From Candidatus Saccharimonadota bacterium (lineage in GTDB: Bacteria; Pseudomonadota; Gammaproteobacteria; Johnevansiales; Johnevansiaceae): 32,000 nucleotides of DNA. The position numbers were made by a program, and so were the translations under genes. Positions 10,701 through 20,406 of this stretch are shown one piece after another. The stretch's first letter is position 1; each line of letters begins with the position of its first letter. The stretch lies in NCBI RefSeq assembly GCF_902713755.1, contig NZ_LR744089.1. One strand, given 5' to 3'. The notes beneath the pieces were generated by a model. That model saw nothing but the letters and a program-made list of their open reading frames with translations, was not told the origin of the DNA and did no database searches.

Positions 10701-11896
10701 TTTTTTGCTGCTTTTATTGTTGCTGCGTGTCCATTTCTTTGTAGTTTTGAATATATAAACGGTTTAAATAATTCTATAGCCATTTTTTTTGGTAAACCAC
10801 ATTGATTTAATCTTAAATTAGGACCTACTGTAATTACTGATCTTCCTGAATAATCTACACGTTTACCTAATAAATTTTGACGAAATCTTCCCTGTTTCCC
10901 TTTTATGATATCTGCTAATGATTTTAACGGTCTTTTATTTGAACCTATAATTGCTCTTCCTCTTCTACCGTTATCTAATAACGCATCTACTGCTTCTTGC
11001 AACATTCTTTTTTCATTACGAATAATAATTTCTGGAGCTTTTAATTCAATTAATCTTTTTAATCTATTATTCCTATTAATAACACGCCTATATAAATCAT
11101 TTAAATCTGACGTTGCAAATCTTCCACCATCCAATGGTACTAATGGTCTTAAATCTGGAGGTAATATAGGTAAAACCTCTAAAATCATCCAACTAGGTTT
11201 ATTTCCTGATTTTTTAAATGATTCTATTAATTTTAACCTTTTCGATAATCTTTTCATTTTATTTTCTGAATTAACTTCTTTTATTTCTTTTCTTAATTTC
11301 TCTATTTCTTCTACTAAATCTATATCTTCTAATAATTTTTTTATAGCTTCTGCACCCATTATTGCATTAAATTCATCACCATATTCTTCTATTGCTTCAA
11401 AATATTTTTCTTCATTTAATAATTGACCTTTCTTAAGATTTGTCATCCCTGGTTCTATCACTACAAAAACTTCAAAATATAAAATTCTTTCTATATCTCT
11501 TAACGTCATATCTAATAACATTCCTATACGACTTGGTAATGATTTTAAAAACCATATATGCGCTACAGGAGATGCTAACTCTATATGACTCATTCTTTCT
11601 CTACGCACACATGTTTTAGTAACCTCTACACCACATTTTTCACATATTATTCCTCGATGTTTCATTCTTTTATATTTACCACAAATACATTCATAATCTT
11701 TTATAGGACCAAATATTTTTGCACAAAATAATCCATCTCTTTCTGGTTTTAATGTACGATAATTAATTGTTTCTGGTTTTTTTACCTCACCATATGACCA
11801 TGATCTTATCATTTCTGGAGAAGCTAATGAAATTTTTATTGCATCAAATTCTTCATAATATGTTTTAGATTTTATTTTTTTTACCAACTCCTTCAT
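7772..11896 (-). CDS. rpoC: DNA-directed RNA polymerase beta' subunit
   Basis: 1374 aa with the Zn-finger [23 protein letters not shown], the catalytic [15 protein letters not shown], and conserved bridge-helix/trigger-loop blocks. Follows rpoB. Confidence 0.99.
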   Translation of the reverse strand: MKELVKKIKSKTYYEEFDAIKISLASPEMIRSWSYGEVKKPETINYRTLKPERDGLFCAKIFGPIKDYECICGKYKRMKHRGIICEKCGVEVTKTCVRRERMSHIELASPVAHIWFLKSLPSRIGMLLDMTLRDIERILYFEVFVVIEPGMTNLKKGQLLNEEKYFEAIEEYGDEFNAIMGAEAIKKLLEDIDLVEEIEKLRKEIKEVNSENKMKRLSKRLKLIESFKKSGNKPSWMILEVLPILPPDLRPLVPLDGGRFATSDLNDLYRRVINRNNRLKRLIELKAPEIIIRNEKRMLQEAVDALLDNGRRGRAIIGSNKRPLKSLADIIKGKQGRFRQNLLGKRVDYSGRSVITVGPNLRLNQCGLPKKMAIELFKPFIYSKLQRNGHAATIKAAKKMVEKEVPEVWDILADVICEHPVLLNRAPTLHRLGIQAFEPILIEGKAIQLHPLVCAAYNADFDGDQMAVHVPLTLESQLEARELMMSTNNLLSPASGEPIIVPSQDVVLGLYYMTRDKCNVKGEGMIFSNISEVELAYSNKTVDLHARIKVRLTDWIKDEKQKLIKQTSIRSTTVGRAVLYSMLPKGMSFELINRPMKKKVISKLINLVYRNIGLKEAVKLADKLMYTGFNLATWSGASIGVNDFIIPSSKEYIINKAEKEVKEIGKQYIYGLVTLGEKYNKVIDIWSKANDKVAKAMMKGISKNVVIDKLGKKVEQESFNSVFIMADSGARGSAAQIRQLAGMRGLMTKPDGSIIETPITANFREGLNVLQYFISTHGARKGLADTALKTANSGYLTRRLVDVAQDVVITEIDCNTQEGLLMYSVIEGGDIIVSITEKILGRILAKNILDLKGKVLIKAGTLLDEEWCNKIYRLGIDEVFVRSIINCETLYGVCVMCYGRDLSRGNLVNIGESVGVIAAQSIGEPGTQLTMRTFHIGGAASRTLIKDNVQVKYGGIIRFHNMKAVERNDKKLIVVSKNSAIVLVDKKGREKEYYRLPYGTEVNIREGNLVTAGTIIANWDPHTHPIISEVSGYIKFIEMEEGLTMHSTVDEMTGISSIEILDVGSRPVSGRDKRPRIRLQDEEGKEISLPGYNTPVQYSLPGKALISVENGIKIGVGEIISRIPVEALGNKDITGGLPRVADLVEARKPKEYAIMSEITGIIKFGKETKGKRRIIINSEESGENKEILINKGRQISVFEGDKVEKGEVISDGPSNPHDILRLLGVEELSKYIINEIQEVYRLQGVVINDKHIEVIVRQMLRKVKIIDSGDSNFIKGDQVEVVSVLEENRKLYKLKKKIIIYERILLGITKASLATESFISAASFQETTRVLTEAAVKGRYDKLRGLKENVVVGRLIPAGTGLAYHNERRRKKAL

Positions 11897-11903
11897 AATT
11901 TTT

Positions 11904-11914
11904 CCCCACCCCCC
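11904..11914 (-). promoter_or_regulatory. G-rich Shine-Dalgarno-like element (GGGGGGTGGGG) in front of rpoC
   Basis: The plus strand reads CCCCACCCCCC at 11904-11914, so the mRNA reads GGGGGGUGGGG. It ends 7 nt upstream of the rpoC ATG (11896), within the 28-nt rpoB-rpoC spacer. It is the most G+C-rich non-tRNA spot in the window. Confidence 0.45.
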
Positions 11915-11924
11915 ATTTTTTTTT

Positions 11925-14900
11925 TCATTCCTTTTCTACATCTATACCTAATGATCTTATTTCTTTTACTAACACATTAAATGATTCTGGCATACTAGCC
12001 TGCATTGTGTAATCTCCATCTACAATACTTTTATACATTTTTGTACGTCCACCTACATCGTCTGATTTTACTGTTAACATTTCTTGTAAGGTATATGCAG
12101 CGCCATAAGCTTCTAATGCCCATACTTCCATTTCACCAAACCTTTGTCCTCCAAATTGAGCTTTTCCACCTAATGGTTGTTGAGTTACTAATGAATATGA
12201 TCCTGTTGAACGGGCATGCATTTTATCATCGACTAAATGATTTAATTTTAACATATACATATAACCTACTGTTACTTTTCTATCAAATTTTTCTCCTGTA
12301 CAACCATCCCATAATTTTACTTGTCCCGATTCTGTAACACCTGCCATTTTTAATAATCCTTTTATTTGTTGTTCTGTTGCGCCATCAAATACAGGAGATG
12401 CTATAGGTACGCCTTTTGATAATTTCTTTGCTAATATTATTATTTCCTCATCATTTAAACTTTCTAAGTTTTCTTTACAGCCCCCTGTTGTATTATAAAT
12501 TTTATTTATTAATTTTCTTATTTCTTTTACCTTACTTATTTTTTTTAACATTTTTTTTATTTTTATACCTAACATATGAGCAGCCATTCCTAAATGTGTT
12601 TCTAAAATTTGTCCAACATTCATACGTGACGGTACACCTAAAGGATTAAGTACTATATCTACTGGTTCACCTTTTTCATCAAAAGGCATATCTTCTATAG
12701 GCTTAATAGCAGATATTACTCCTTTATTTCCATGTCTACCTGCCATCTTATCTCCTGGTTGTATCTTTCTTTTTATCGCTAAAAAAACTTTTACGATTTT
12801 TAAAATTCCTGGTGCTAAATCATCACCTTGAATTAATTTTCTTTTTTTTTCTATAAAATACCTTTCCTTTTCTTCATGTATTTTTTCTATTTGCTCTTTA
12901 GTTTTTTTTATTTTTTTATTTAATTCATCATCTTTCATTCTTAATTTATACCATTTTCTATAATTTATTTTTTTTAAATACTCATCATTTATAATATCAC
13001 CTTTTTTTATATTTGGTCCTTTTAATGCTTCTTTACCTTTTATTACTACTTTTAATCTTTTTATTGTTGCTTCTTCTGTAATACGAAATGCTTCTTTTAA
13101 ATCCTTACTTATTTCTTCTATTTTCCTTTTTTCAATTTCTCTTGCTCTTAAATCTTTTTTTATTCCATCTCTTGTAAATATTTGTACATCTATTACTGTT
13201 CCTATAGTTCCTGTAGTTGCACGTAAAGATGTATCTTTTACATCTGATGCTTTATCTCCAAATATGGCACGTAATAATTTTTCTTCTGGTGTTAATTTCT
13301 TTTCACCTTTAGGTGTTACTTTACCTACTAAAATATCTCCTGCTTTTATTTCTGCTCCGATATAAACTATTCCTGATTCATCTAATTTACTTAACGATGC
13401 TTCACTTACATTAGGTATATCTGATGTTATTTCTTCAGGACCTAACTTTGTGTCACGAGATATACAATTAACTTCTTGAATATGAATAGTAGTAAATCTA
13501 TCTTCTTTTACTACTCTTTCTGAAATTATAATAGAATCTTCATAATTATAACCATTCCAAGGCATAAACGCTATTCTCATATTTTGTCCTAAAGCTAAAT
13601 CTCCTGTGTCTACCGCTGTACCATCCGCTAAAATATCTCCTACTTCTATTTTATCTCCTTCATTTACTATTGTTCTTTGATTTTGACATGTATTTTGATT
13701 TGAACGCATATATTTTTTTAAATTATATATATCTACACAATATTCATTTTCATTTAATTCCTTTTCATTTACACGAATAACAATTCTCTTTGCATCTACA
13801 ACTTCTACAATACCACTACGTTTCGCCTTTATACATACCCCTGAATCTTTTGCTACTACTCTTTCCATCCCTGTACCTATTAATGGTTTTTGAGCTATTA
13901 AAGTTGGAACTGCTTGTCTTTGCATATTCGAACCCATTAATGCCCTATTAGCATCATCATGTTCTAAAAATGGAATTAAAGCAGCCGCTACAGAAACTAT
14001 TTGACATGGTGAAACATCCATTAAATTTACTTTATCTGTTTGCATAAAAGTTGTTTCACCTTTATTTCTTACTTGTACTAACTCATCTTTTAATTCTTCT
14101 TTTTTATTCACTATTGCCGAAGCTTGTGCTATTACATATTCTGATTCTTCTATTGCAGATAAATGGATTACTTCCTTCGTAACTTTACTTTTTAATACTT
14201 TTCTATATGGTGTTTCTAAAAATCCATATTTATTTATTTTACTATATGTCGCTAAAGAATTTATTAACCCTATATTTGGGCCCTCTGGGGTTTCTATAGG
14301 ACATAATCTTCCATAATGAGTTGAATGTACATCACGAACTTCAAACCCTGCTCTATCTCGTGTTAATCCCCCCGGTCCTAAAGCCGAAATCCTTCTTTTA
14401 TGAGTTATTTCAGCTAAAGGATTAGTTTGATCCATAAACTGGGATAATTGACTTGAAATAAAAAACTCTTTCATAGCCGCTGTAATTGGTTTTACATTAA
14501 TTAAATCTTTAGGCCTTATTTTTTCATCTGATTCTGTTATAATTAACCTTTCTCTTATTGATTTTTCTACACGCAATAATCCTGCTTTAAAATTATTTTC
14601 TGCCATTTCTCCAACACTACGAATCCGTCTATTTCCTAAATGATCTATATCATCTATTTCACCAAAACCATTTCTAATTTTTATTAATTCTTTTATCACA
14701 TCTATTATATCATCGGCACTTACTATTCCACTACCTTTCTTATTTTCTCTATTTAATCTACTATTAAACTTCATTCTTCCAACTTCGGACAGATCATATC
14801 TTTCAATAGATAAAAATAAACTTTTAAATATTAATTCTGCTGCATCTTTATTTGGTGGTTCTCCTGGCCTCATAATACTATATATTTCCAATATTGCTTC

Positions 14901-16004
14901 CATTTGTGAATTTGTTGTATCTATTTTTAATGTATCTGATATAAAAGAACCTGTATCCAAATCATTTGTATATAATGTATTTATTTTTTTTACTTTATTT
15001 TTTAATAATTTGTTTAATTTTTCTAAATTTATTTTAGTATTACTATTACATATATTTTCTTTTGTTTTTTTATTTATTTGTTTATTAACTAATATTTTTC
15101 CTATTAAATATTCTATTGGTACTTTTAAGTTTTTTATTTTTAATTCTTTTAATTTTAAAATATTTTTTTTAGTAACCCTACAACCTTCTTCTACTATAAT
15201 TTTATTCAATTTATGATCTACTATATTAAAACTTGCTACTTCACCTCTTAATTTATAAGGATTAAAATTTTCCCAATAAATATTATTTTTATCTTCAATA
15301 TTAAAAACATTTATTTCAAAAAAACTTTTTAATATTTTTTCATTAGTTAAACCGAAAGCACGTAACAATACTGTTACAGGTATTTTTTTTCTTCTATCTA
15401 TTCTTACATAGATATTATCACGTTGATCAAATTCAAAATCCAACCACGAACCACGATAAGGTATTATTCTTGCTGTAGCAATTAATTTACCTATTGAATA
15501 ACTTTTATTTTGATCATAATCAAAAAATAGCCCCGGACTTCTGTGTAATTGTGACACCACTACACGTTCTGTTCCATTTATTACAAATGTACCATCTTTG
15601 GTTATTAATGGTATATCACCCATATATACTTCTTGTTCTTTTATATACTTTATAATTCTTTGTTTTTCTATTTCATCAAATATAACTAATCTCATTTTAA
15701 CACGTAAACTTGTATAAAATGTCATTCCTCTTATTTGACATTCTTTCACATCAAATACTGGCTTCATTAATTTATAATCCACATATTCTAATATAGCTTT
15801 TCCAGATAAACTTTTTATAGGAAATATTGAATTTAATGCTGCATTTATTCCTATATTTCTTTTTTTTTCATTTTTTATTTCACTTTGTAAAAATTTTTTA
15901 TATGATTCCAATTGAATTGATAACAAATAAGGCACATCCATAATATGAGGTATTTTACCAAATTTTTTACGAATACATTTTTTCTCAGTATATGAATAAA
16001 CCAT
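11925..16004 (-). CDS. rpoB: DNA-directed RNA polymerase beta subunit
   Basis: 1359 aa. [64 protein letters not shown] and [21 protein letters not shown] lies 10 nt upstream of the ATG (16020-16015). TGA stop at 11925-11927. Confidence 0.99.
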   Translation of the reverse strand: MVYSYTEKKCIRKKFGKIPHIMDVPYLLSIQLESYKKFLQSEIKNEKKRNIGINAALNSIFPIKSLSGKAILEYVDYKLMKPVFDVKECQIRGMTFYTSLRVKMRLVIFDEIEKQRIIKYIKEQEVYMGDIPLITKDGTFVINGTERVVVSQLHRSPGLFFDYDQNKSYSIGKLIATARIIPYRGSWLDFEFDQRDNIYVRIDRRKKIPVTVLLRAFGLTNEKILKSFFEINVFNIEDKNNIYWENFNPYKLRGEVASFNIVDHKLNKIIVEEGCRVTKKNILKLKELKIKNLKVPIEYLIGKILVNKQINKKTKENICNSNTKINLEKLNKLLKNKVKKINTLYTNDLDTGSFISDTLKIDTTNSQMEAILEIYSIMRPGEPPNKDAAELIFKSLFLSIERYDLSEVGRMKFNSRLNRENKKGSGIVSADDIIDVIKELIKIRNGFGEIDDIDHLGNRRIRSVGEMAENNFKAGLLRVEKSIRERLIITESDEKIRPKDLINVKPITAAMKEFFISSQLSQFMDQTNPLAEITHKRRISALGPGGLTRDRAGFEVRDVHSTHYGRLCPIETPEGPNIGLINSLATYSKINKYGFLETPYRKVLKSKVTKEVIHLSAIEESEYVIAQASAIVNKKEELKDELVQVRNKGETTFMQTDKVNLMDVSPCQIVSVAAALIPFLEHDDANRALMGSNMQRQAVPTLIAQKPLIGTGMERVVAKDSGVCIKAKRSGIVEVVDAKRIVIRVNEKELNENEYCVDIYNLKKYMRSNQNTCQNQRTIVNEGDKIEVGDILADGTAVDTGDLALGQNMRIAFMPWNGYNYEDSIIISERVVKEDRFTTIHIQEVNCISRDTKLGPEEITSDIPNVSEASLSKLDESGIVYIGAEIKAGDILVGKVTPKGEKKLTPEEKLLRAIFGDKASDVKDTSLRATTGTIGTVIDVQIFTRDGIKKDLRAREIEKRKIEEISKDLKEAFRITEEATIKRLKVVIKGKEALKGPNIKKGDIINDEYLKKINYRKWYKLRMKDDELNKKIKKTKEQIEKIHEEKERYFIEKKRKLIQGDDLAPGILKIVKVFLAIKRKIQPGDKMAGRHGNKGVISAIKPIEDMPFDEKGEPVDIVLNPLGVPSRMNVGQILETHLGMAAHMLGIKIKKMLKKISKVKEIRKLINKIYNTTGGCKENLESLNDEEIIILAKKLSKGVPIASPVFDGATEQQIKGLLKMAGVTESGQVKLWDGCTGEKFDRKVTVGYMYMLKLNHLVDDKMHARSTGSYSLVTQQPLGGKAQFGGQRFGEMEVWALEAYGAAYTLQEMLTVKSDDVGGRTKMYKSIVDGDYTMQASMPESFNVLVKEIRSLGIDVEKE

Positions 16005-16050
16005 CTATAATATACTCCTCAACTTCATTTATATTTTTTACTTATCTTAT

Positions 16051-16416
16051 TTACTTTATTTCTACTTTTGCACCAACACTTTCTAATTTTTTTTTATTTT
16101 TTTCAGCATCCTCTTTAGATAAAGCTTCTTTTATTGTTACAGGTGCACTTTCTACTTTTACTTTAGCTTCTTTTAACCCTAATCCTGTTAATTCACGTAC
16201 AATTTTTATTACACCAATTTTTTTATCACCTATTGATTTTAATATTAAATCAAATTCTAACTTTTCTTCTTTTTTTTCTTCTTTTTTTTCTTTTTTCTTA
16301 TTATTAAATATATATTCTTTTTTTATCTTAAATCTTTTTTCCATTTCGGCCACTAACTCTATAACTTCTAATACATTCATTTTAGATAATATTTCTATAA
16401 TCTCTTCTTTCTTCAT
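16051..16416 (-). CDS. rplL: 50S ribosomal protein L7/L12 (hinge replaced by a Lys/Glu linker)
   Basis: 121 aa. The N-terminal dimerisation helix pattern ([25 protein letters not shown]) and C-terminal domain ([52 protein letters not shown]) match L7/L12. Confidence 0.95.
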   Translation of the reverse strand: MKKEEIIEILSKMNVLEVIELVAEMEKRFKIKKEYIFNNKKKEKKEEKKEEKLEFDLILKSIGDKKIGVIKIVRELTGLGLKEAKVKVESAPVTIKEALSKEDAEKNKKKLESVGAKVEIK

Positions 16417-16418
16417 TT

Positions 16419-16919
16419 TTATAATTCCTTTTTTTTTTCTTTTATTAAAAACATTAATATATATATTATCTTGCCTATTGTACTTATTTTTAACATATTC
16501 ATTATATTTAATAATATTTCTTTTCTTTCAGATATTTTTATATTTCCTAATATTTTTCTTTTATCTTTTTTTATTATTTTACCTTCATAAACTAATGTTT
16601 TTATTTTTTCTTCTTTTAATTTTAATTTTTTCCATAACACTAAACTATCATTTATATTTTTTTTAGAAAAACATAACATTATCTGCCCTTTTATATAATC
16701 TTTTAAACCTTCATATTTTGTTCCTTTTATTGCTTTTATAAATAATCTATTTCTTATAACATATAATTTCACATCTATTTTATTTGCTTTGATATGTAAT
16801 TCATTCATAATTTTTGAATTAATATCTTTATACTTTACTACCATTATAGATATTGATTCTATTATATTTTTATTTATTTTTTTTATTATTAATTCTTTTT
16901 TTTTTAAACTTTTTTTCAA
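16419..16919 (-). CDS. rplJ: 50S ribosomal protein L10 (TTG start)
   Basis: 166 aa, diverged, located between rplA and rplL. The VIRNRL.IKAIKGT...[14 protein letters not shown] pattern parallels E. coli [32 protein letters not shown]. The codon at 16919-16917 is TTG, with GGAG 7 nt upstream (16930-16927). Confidence 0.85.
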   Translation of the reverse strand: MKKSLKKKELIIKKINKNIIESISIMVVKYKDINSKIMNELHIKANKIDVKLYVIRNRLFIKAIKGTKYEGLKDYIKGQIMLCFSKKNINDSLVLWKKLKLKEEKIKTLVYEGKIIKKDKRKILGNIKISERKEILLNIMNMLKISTIGKIIYILMFLIKEKKKEL

Positions 16920-16930
16920 ACTCTTACTCC

Positions 16931-17596
16931 TTAATTTTCTATATTTCTATATTCACTTTTATCAATAATTAATCCTGGACCCATTGTTGTCGATATATAT
17001 ATTTTTTTTATATCTTTTATATTTCCAACTGTTTTGTTTTTTAATATATCTTTTATTAAAACATTAAAATTTTTTTTTATTTCTTTTATCGAAAAATTTA
17101 TTTTTCCTATAACTGTATTTATTATACCATTTTTATCTACACAATAATTGATTTTTCCTTTTTTTATTTCTTTTACTTTTTTTAATATATCTTTAGTAAT
17201 ATTTTCTTTAATCATTAATACTGGAGGATATTTTATATCTTCTCCTATTTTTTTTACACTTTCTGATTCACATAAAATATAATTAATTTGTTTTTTATTT
17301 TTTTTTATTTCATCAACACATAGTATATCTATACCTAATATTTTTTCTTTATCTTTAATTTCATTATTTTTTACAAACACAATTTTTTTTTTATTATTCT
17401 CTAATCCATATGGTATATATATGTTATTTTTTATTACTTTTTTTACATTTCTTCCTAACTTTATTACTATTTCTACAGTTTCACAAAACTTTACTAAACT
17501 AGTTTTTTTTAAGTTTTCTATAGCTTCCTTTAATTTATATTTTTTTTTATTATGTAAAATATTTATTATTTTTTTTCTTTTTGAAATCTTTCCCAT
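16931..17596 (-). CDS. rplA: 50S ribosomal protein L1
   Basis: 221 aa. MGKISKRKK......KKKYKLKEAIENLKK....KF.ETVEIVIKLG parallels E. coli [32 protein letters not shown]...KFVESVDVAVNLG. L11-operon position. Confidence 0.88.
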   Translation of the reverse strand: MGKISKRKKIINILHNKKKYKLKEAIENLKKTSLVKFCETVEIVIKLGRNVKKVIKNNIYIPYGLENNKKKIVFVKNNEIKDKEKILGIDILCVDEIKKNKKQINYILCESESVKKIGEDIKYPPVLMIKENITKDILKKVKEIKKGKINYCVDKNGIINTVIGKINFSIKEIKKNFNVLIKDILKNKTVGNIKDIKKIYISTTMGPGLIIDKSEYRNIEN

Positions 17597-17602
17597 CTTT
17601 TT

Positions 17603-18040
17603 TTATTCCTCTTTTATTTCTAAACCCATACTTTTTGCTGTACCTTTTATACATTTTATTGCCGATTTTATTTTTATTACATTCATATCTTTCATTTTCG
17701 TTTTTGCTATTTCTTTTATTTGTTTTTTTGTTATTTTTCCTACTTTTTTTTTATTATTTTCACTCGATCCTTTTTCTATACCAATAATTTTTTTTAATAA
17801 ATTTGATACTGGGGGATTTTTTATAATAAAAGTAAAACTTCTATCGGAATATATATTTATTATTACTGGTATTGGTAAACCCTTTTCTATATTTTTAGTT
17901 TCTAAATTAAATTTTTTACAAAATTCCATTATATTTATTCCTTGTTGTCCTAATCTAGGTCCTATTGGAGGACTAGGATTTGCTTTACCTGCTTCAACTT
18001 GTATTTTAACTACATTAATTATTTTTTTTTTATCAATCAT
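17603..18040 (-). CDS. rplK: 50S ribosomal protein L11
   Basis: 145 aa. [36 protein letters not shown]......[29 protein letters not shown] is canonical L11. Confidence 0.96.
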   Translation of the reverse strand: MIDKKKIINVVKIQVEAGKANPSPPIGPRLGQQGINIMEFCKKFNLETKNIEKGLPIPVIINIYSDRSFTFIIKNPPVSNLLKKIIGIEKGSSENNKKKVGKITKKQIKEIAKTKMKDMNVIKIKSAIKCIKGTAKSMGLEIKEE

Positions 18041-18041
18041 T

Positions 18042-18566
18042 TTAAATATCCTTAATTACTTTATAAAATTCTAATTCTACTGGCGTTGATCTACCAAAAA
18101 TTAAAACACTTACTTGTAATTTATTTTTTTCATAATTTATTTCTTCTACAATACCTGTAAAATCTGTAAAAGGACCTTCTATCACTCTTACTCTTTCTCC
18201 TAAATTAAATTTATTTTTATCAATATTTTTTTTTATATTACTTAATATTTTTTTTAATTCATTTTTTTTTATAACTTCAGGTTTTATTACATTGGCTCCT
18301 ATAAATCTAACTACTCTTTTTGTTTCATTAACTAAATTCCATGTTTTATCATTTAATTCCATTTCTAATAATATATATCCTGGATAATATTTACGTTCAC
18401 TTTTACGTATTTTCCCTGATATCTTTTCAATTTTTTTTTCTAAAGGTACTATCATCTTTCCAAATGATGTTTCTAATTTATATATTTTTATTCTATTTTT
18501 TAAATCACTTATAACTTTTGTTTCATAACCTGAATATATATTTACTACATACCATCTTTTTTTCAC
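18042..18566 (-). CDS. nusG: Transcription termination/antitermination factor NusG (GTG start)
   Basis: 174 aa. [16 protein letters not shown] (E. coli KKRWYVVQAFSGFEGRV), [11 protein letters not shown], and a C-terminal KOW segment [45 protein letters not shown]. Lies between secE and rplK. Confidence 0.93.
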   Translation of the reverse strand: MKKRWYVVNIYSGYETKVISDLKNRIKIYKLETSFGKMIVPLEKKIEKISGKIRKSERKYYPGYILLEMELNDKTWNLVNETKRVVRFIGANVIKPEVIKKNELKKILSNIKKNIDKNKFNLGERVRVIEGPFTDFTGIVEEINYEKNKLQVSVLIFGRSTPVELEFYKVIKDI

Positions 18567-18581
18567 TTTTTTTCCCTTTAA

Positions 18582-18917
18582 CTAGTTTTTATTTATAATA
18601 ATTGCTATTAATCCACTAATTAAAGTATCTAATATCCATATTATTATACTTAATATAAATATTACTAATACAACTACTATTGTTGTTTTTATTATTTCTT
18701 TTTTTTTTGGCCACACTACACTTTTTATTTCTTTTTTTGCATTTTTTCCTAAAATTCTTAATTCTTTTCCTTTTACAGTAATTAACATTACATATATACT
18801 TAAACTATATAATAATAAATATATATATTTATTATTTTTTAATAAATATATTGCAATTAATATATTTATTATAGAAAATAACCACTTTAAATAATCATAC
18901 TTTTTATTTTTTATCAT
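18582..18917 (-). CDS. secE: Preprotein translocase subunit SecE (three-TM gammaproteobacterial-type form)
   Basis: 111 aa with three hydrophobic segments. The conserved amphipathic/TM3 region EIKSVVWPKKKEIIKTTIVVVLVIFILSIIIWILD parallels E. coli [35 protein letters not shown]. Lies immediately upstream of nusG. Confidence 0.88.
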   Translation of the reverse strand: MIKNKKYDYLKWLFSIINILIAIYLLKNNKYIYLLLYSLSIYVMLITVKGKELRILGKNAKKEIKSVVWPKKKEIIKTTIVVVLVIFILSIIIWILDTLISGLIAIIINKN

Positions 18918-18932
18918 CTTTTTGTCCTATTT

Positions 18933-19005
18933 CAGGCCAGGAGGGACTTGAACCCCCAACCTTCGATTTTGGAGACCGCTGCTCTACCAATTAAGCTACT
19001 GACCT
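18933..19005 (-). tRNA. trpT: tRNA-Trp (anticodon CCA)
   Basis: The reverse complement AGGTCAGTAGCTTAATTGGTAGAGCAGCGGTCTCCAAAATCGAAGGTTGGGGGTTCAAGTCCCTCCTGGCCT(G) folds as a cloverleaf (7-bp acceptor, anticodon loop CT-CCA-AA, TTCAAGT T-loop) and closely resembles E. coli tRNA-Trp. No encoded CCA. Confidence 0.95.
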
Positions 19006-19012
19006 TACTTTC

Positions 19013-19084
19013 AGCTCATGAACGGAATTGAACCGTCGACCTCACCTTTACCAAAGGTGGGCTCTACCACTGAGCTACATGAGC
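19013..19084 (-). tRNA. thrT: tRNA-Thr (anticodon GGT)
   Basis: Reverse complement GCTCATGTAGCTCAGTGGTAGAGCCCACCTTTGGTAAAGGTGAGGTCGACGGTTCAATTCCGTTCATGAGCT. Anticodon stem CACCT/AGGTG, loop TT-GGT-AA, standard D and T arms. Confidence 0.95.
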
Positions 19085-19092
19085 AATTTCTT

Positions 19093-19163
19093 AGCGAACA
19101 ACGGGAATCGAACCCGTATCATCAACTTGGAAGGCTAATGTTTTACCATTAAACTATGTTCGC
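19093..19163 (-). tRNA. glyT: tRNA-Gly (anticodon TCC)
   Basis: Reverse complement GCGAACATAGTTTAATGGTAAAACATTAGCCTTCCAAGTTGATGATACGGGTTCGATTCCCGTTGTTCGCT. Loop CT-TCC-AA, T arm ACGGG/CCCGT, discriminator T. Confidence 0.93.
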
Positions 19164-19168
19164 CTTTT

Positions 19169-19249
19169 TGGAGAGAGAAGGATTCGAACCTTCGAAGCTT
19201 TCGCGGCAAATTTACAGTCTGCTCCCTTTGTCCACTCAGGTATCTCTCC
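19169..19249 (-). tRNA. tyrU: tRNA-Tyr (anticodon GTA, long variable arm)
   Basis: The reverse complement GGAGAGATACCTGAGTGGACAAAGGGAGCAGACTGTAAATTTGCCGCGAAAGCTTCGAAGGTTCGAATCCTTCTCTCTCCA is colinear with E. coli tRNA-Tyr (…GGGAGCAGACUGUAAAUCUGCCG…GAAGGUUCGAAUCCUUC…). Confidence 0.95.
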
Positions 19250-19258
19250 AATATTTAT

Positions 19259-20110
19259 TTAATGTTTTTTTACATCAATAAATATCATTAAATTAAAACA
19301 AATAACAATAAATATTGATATTAAAAATATTTTTTTAGTAAACACTTCAACTCTCTCACTTTTATAATTTAATATCGCTATTAATAACCAATAAATACTA
19401 ATTAATGTCATTAAACTTAAATACATATATCCAGCATAACCATTTAAAAATAACATTATTTCTGCAATTATAAATAATATAATATATATTATTATATGTA
19501 TTTTTGTTATTAATAAACCTTTACTTATTGGAAATATTGGTATTTTAGCTAACATATATTCCTTTTTTTTTAATATAGCAATTGAATATGAATGTGGAAT
19601 TTGCCATAACCAATAAATTAATAAAATTATTATTGCCGCTAAATCTATTTTATTTCTAATAGCACAATATCCCATTAGTGGAGGAATTGATCCAGACAAA
19701 CTACCTATTAAAGTACTATATGCAGAATTTCTTTTATAATATAAACTATACATTAATATATATATTACTATTCCTATTAATGATAAACATATCACTAATA
19801 TATTTGTTATTTTATAAAGTATTATTATACCTATAATTAATAATATATAAGCATAATTTATAGCCTTTTTTATAAAACTAAATTCTTTTACTAATACTCT
19901 AGTTTTTGTTCTTAACATTATACTATCAATATCTAAATCTATATAATTATTTATAATACAACTGGCTGCTATAATTAATATTATACCTAATAAACTTCCT
20001 ACTAATATTTTTATATTCCATTTATAAGATAAAAAAATTCCCCCTAATATAGATATTAAATTTCCTATAATAATTTTAGGTTTTATTATTAAAAAATATT
20101 TATTTACCAT
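19259..20110 (-). CDS. cyoE: Protoheme IX farnesyltransferase (heme O synthase)
   Basis: 283 aa, polytopic. IIKPKIIIGNLISILGGIFL, NNYIDLDIDSIMLRTKTRVLV, YSTLIGSLSGSIPPLMGYCA, WQIPHSYSIAI parallel E. coli CyoE. Last gene of the cyo cluster. Confidence 0.95.
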   Translation of the reverse strand: MVNKYFLIIKPKIIIGNLISILGGIFLSYKWNIKILVGSLLGIILIIAASCIINNYIDLDIDSIMLRTKTRVLVKEFSFIKKAINYAYILLIIGIIILYKITNILVICLSLIGIVIYILMYSLYYKRNSAYSTLIGSLSGSIPPLMGYCAIRNKIDLAAIIILLIYWLWQIPHSYSIAILKKKEYMLAKIPIFPISKGLLITKIHIIIYIILFIIAEIMLFLNGYAGYMYLSLMTLISIYWLLIAILNYKSERVEVFTKKIFLISIFIVICFNLMIFIDVKKH

Positions 20111-20405
20111 TTATATTATACATAATCCATAATGAACCACCTATTATTATAATAATTATTATTAATGTAAATAATAAAGATCCAATATATATATTTTTAT
20201 CTAATATAGATATTTCTTTTATATTTATAAAATATATCAATTGAACAATTATTTGTATTATTTGAAATAATACAATTATTATTTTTATTACTAATATTGT
20301 AAATATTAGTTTTAATACAACAATATATGCTAATATTGTTAATATTAATGATATTATAAATCCAATTATACAATCTTTTATATGCTTGTCATTTAAATAA
20401 TTCAT
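20100..20405 (-). CDS. cyoD: Cytochrome bo3 ubiquinol oxidase subunit IV
   Basis: 101 aa with three hydrophobic helices. GFIISLILTILAY and GGSLWIMYNIN parallel E. coli CyoD GFILSIILTVIPF and VGSIWIMWNLN. Lies between cyoC and cyoE. Confidence 0.85.
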   Translation of the reverse strand: MNYLNDKHIKDCIIGFIISLILTILAYIVVLKLIFTILVIKIIIVLFQIIQIIVQLIYFINIKEISILDKNIYIGSLLFTLIIIIIIIGGSLWIMYNINGK

Positions 20406-20406
20406 A

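Noticed and set aside
8100-11426. Plus-strand ORFs inside rpoC (8100-8609, 9313-9561, 10905-11426). Smaller plus-strand ORFs also occur inside fusA, tuf, rpoB, rpoD, dnaB, cyoB/C and aceF.
   Set aside because: All are antisense to strongly conserved genes and have hydrophobic low-complexity translations with no start context. They are shadow ORFs.
11904-11914. The G6-T-G4 tract as a G-quadruplex.
   Set aside because: There are only two G runs, and a canonical intramolecular G4 needs four. Its position 7 nt before the rpoC ATG fits an RBS better.
11925-11927. Possible UGA-to-Trp recoding, as in some tiny symbiont genomes (Zinderia, Nasuia, Hodgkinia).
   Set aside because: rpoB ends with TGA exactly where homologs end (...DVEKE), and rplC ends with TGA in an ATGA overlap with rplD. 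All Trp positions I checked in conserved motifs are TGG, and no ORF is broken by in-frame TGA. The standard code 11 fits.
15992-16666. 224-aa plus-strand ORF. A similar case is 17421-18074 (217 aa). Both are rich in F, L, I and S.
   Set aside because: They lie exactly antisense to rpoB/rplL/rplJ and to rplA/rplK. They are the mirror image of Lys/Glu/Asn-rich coding sequence (AAA/GAA/AAT read as TTT/TTC/ATT), with low-complexity composition and no recognisable motifs. Stop codons are simply rare in that antisense frame.
19250-19320. TTGATG followed by A/T-rich hexamers upstream of tRNA-Tyr (inside the cyoE 3' end) as a promoter for the tRNA cluster.
   Set aside because: The best -10-like hexamers would place the transcription start inside the tRNA itself. 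The motifs are weak and expected by chance.
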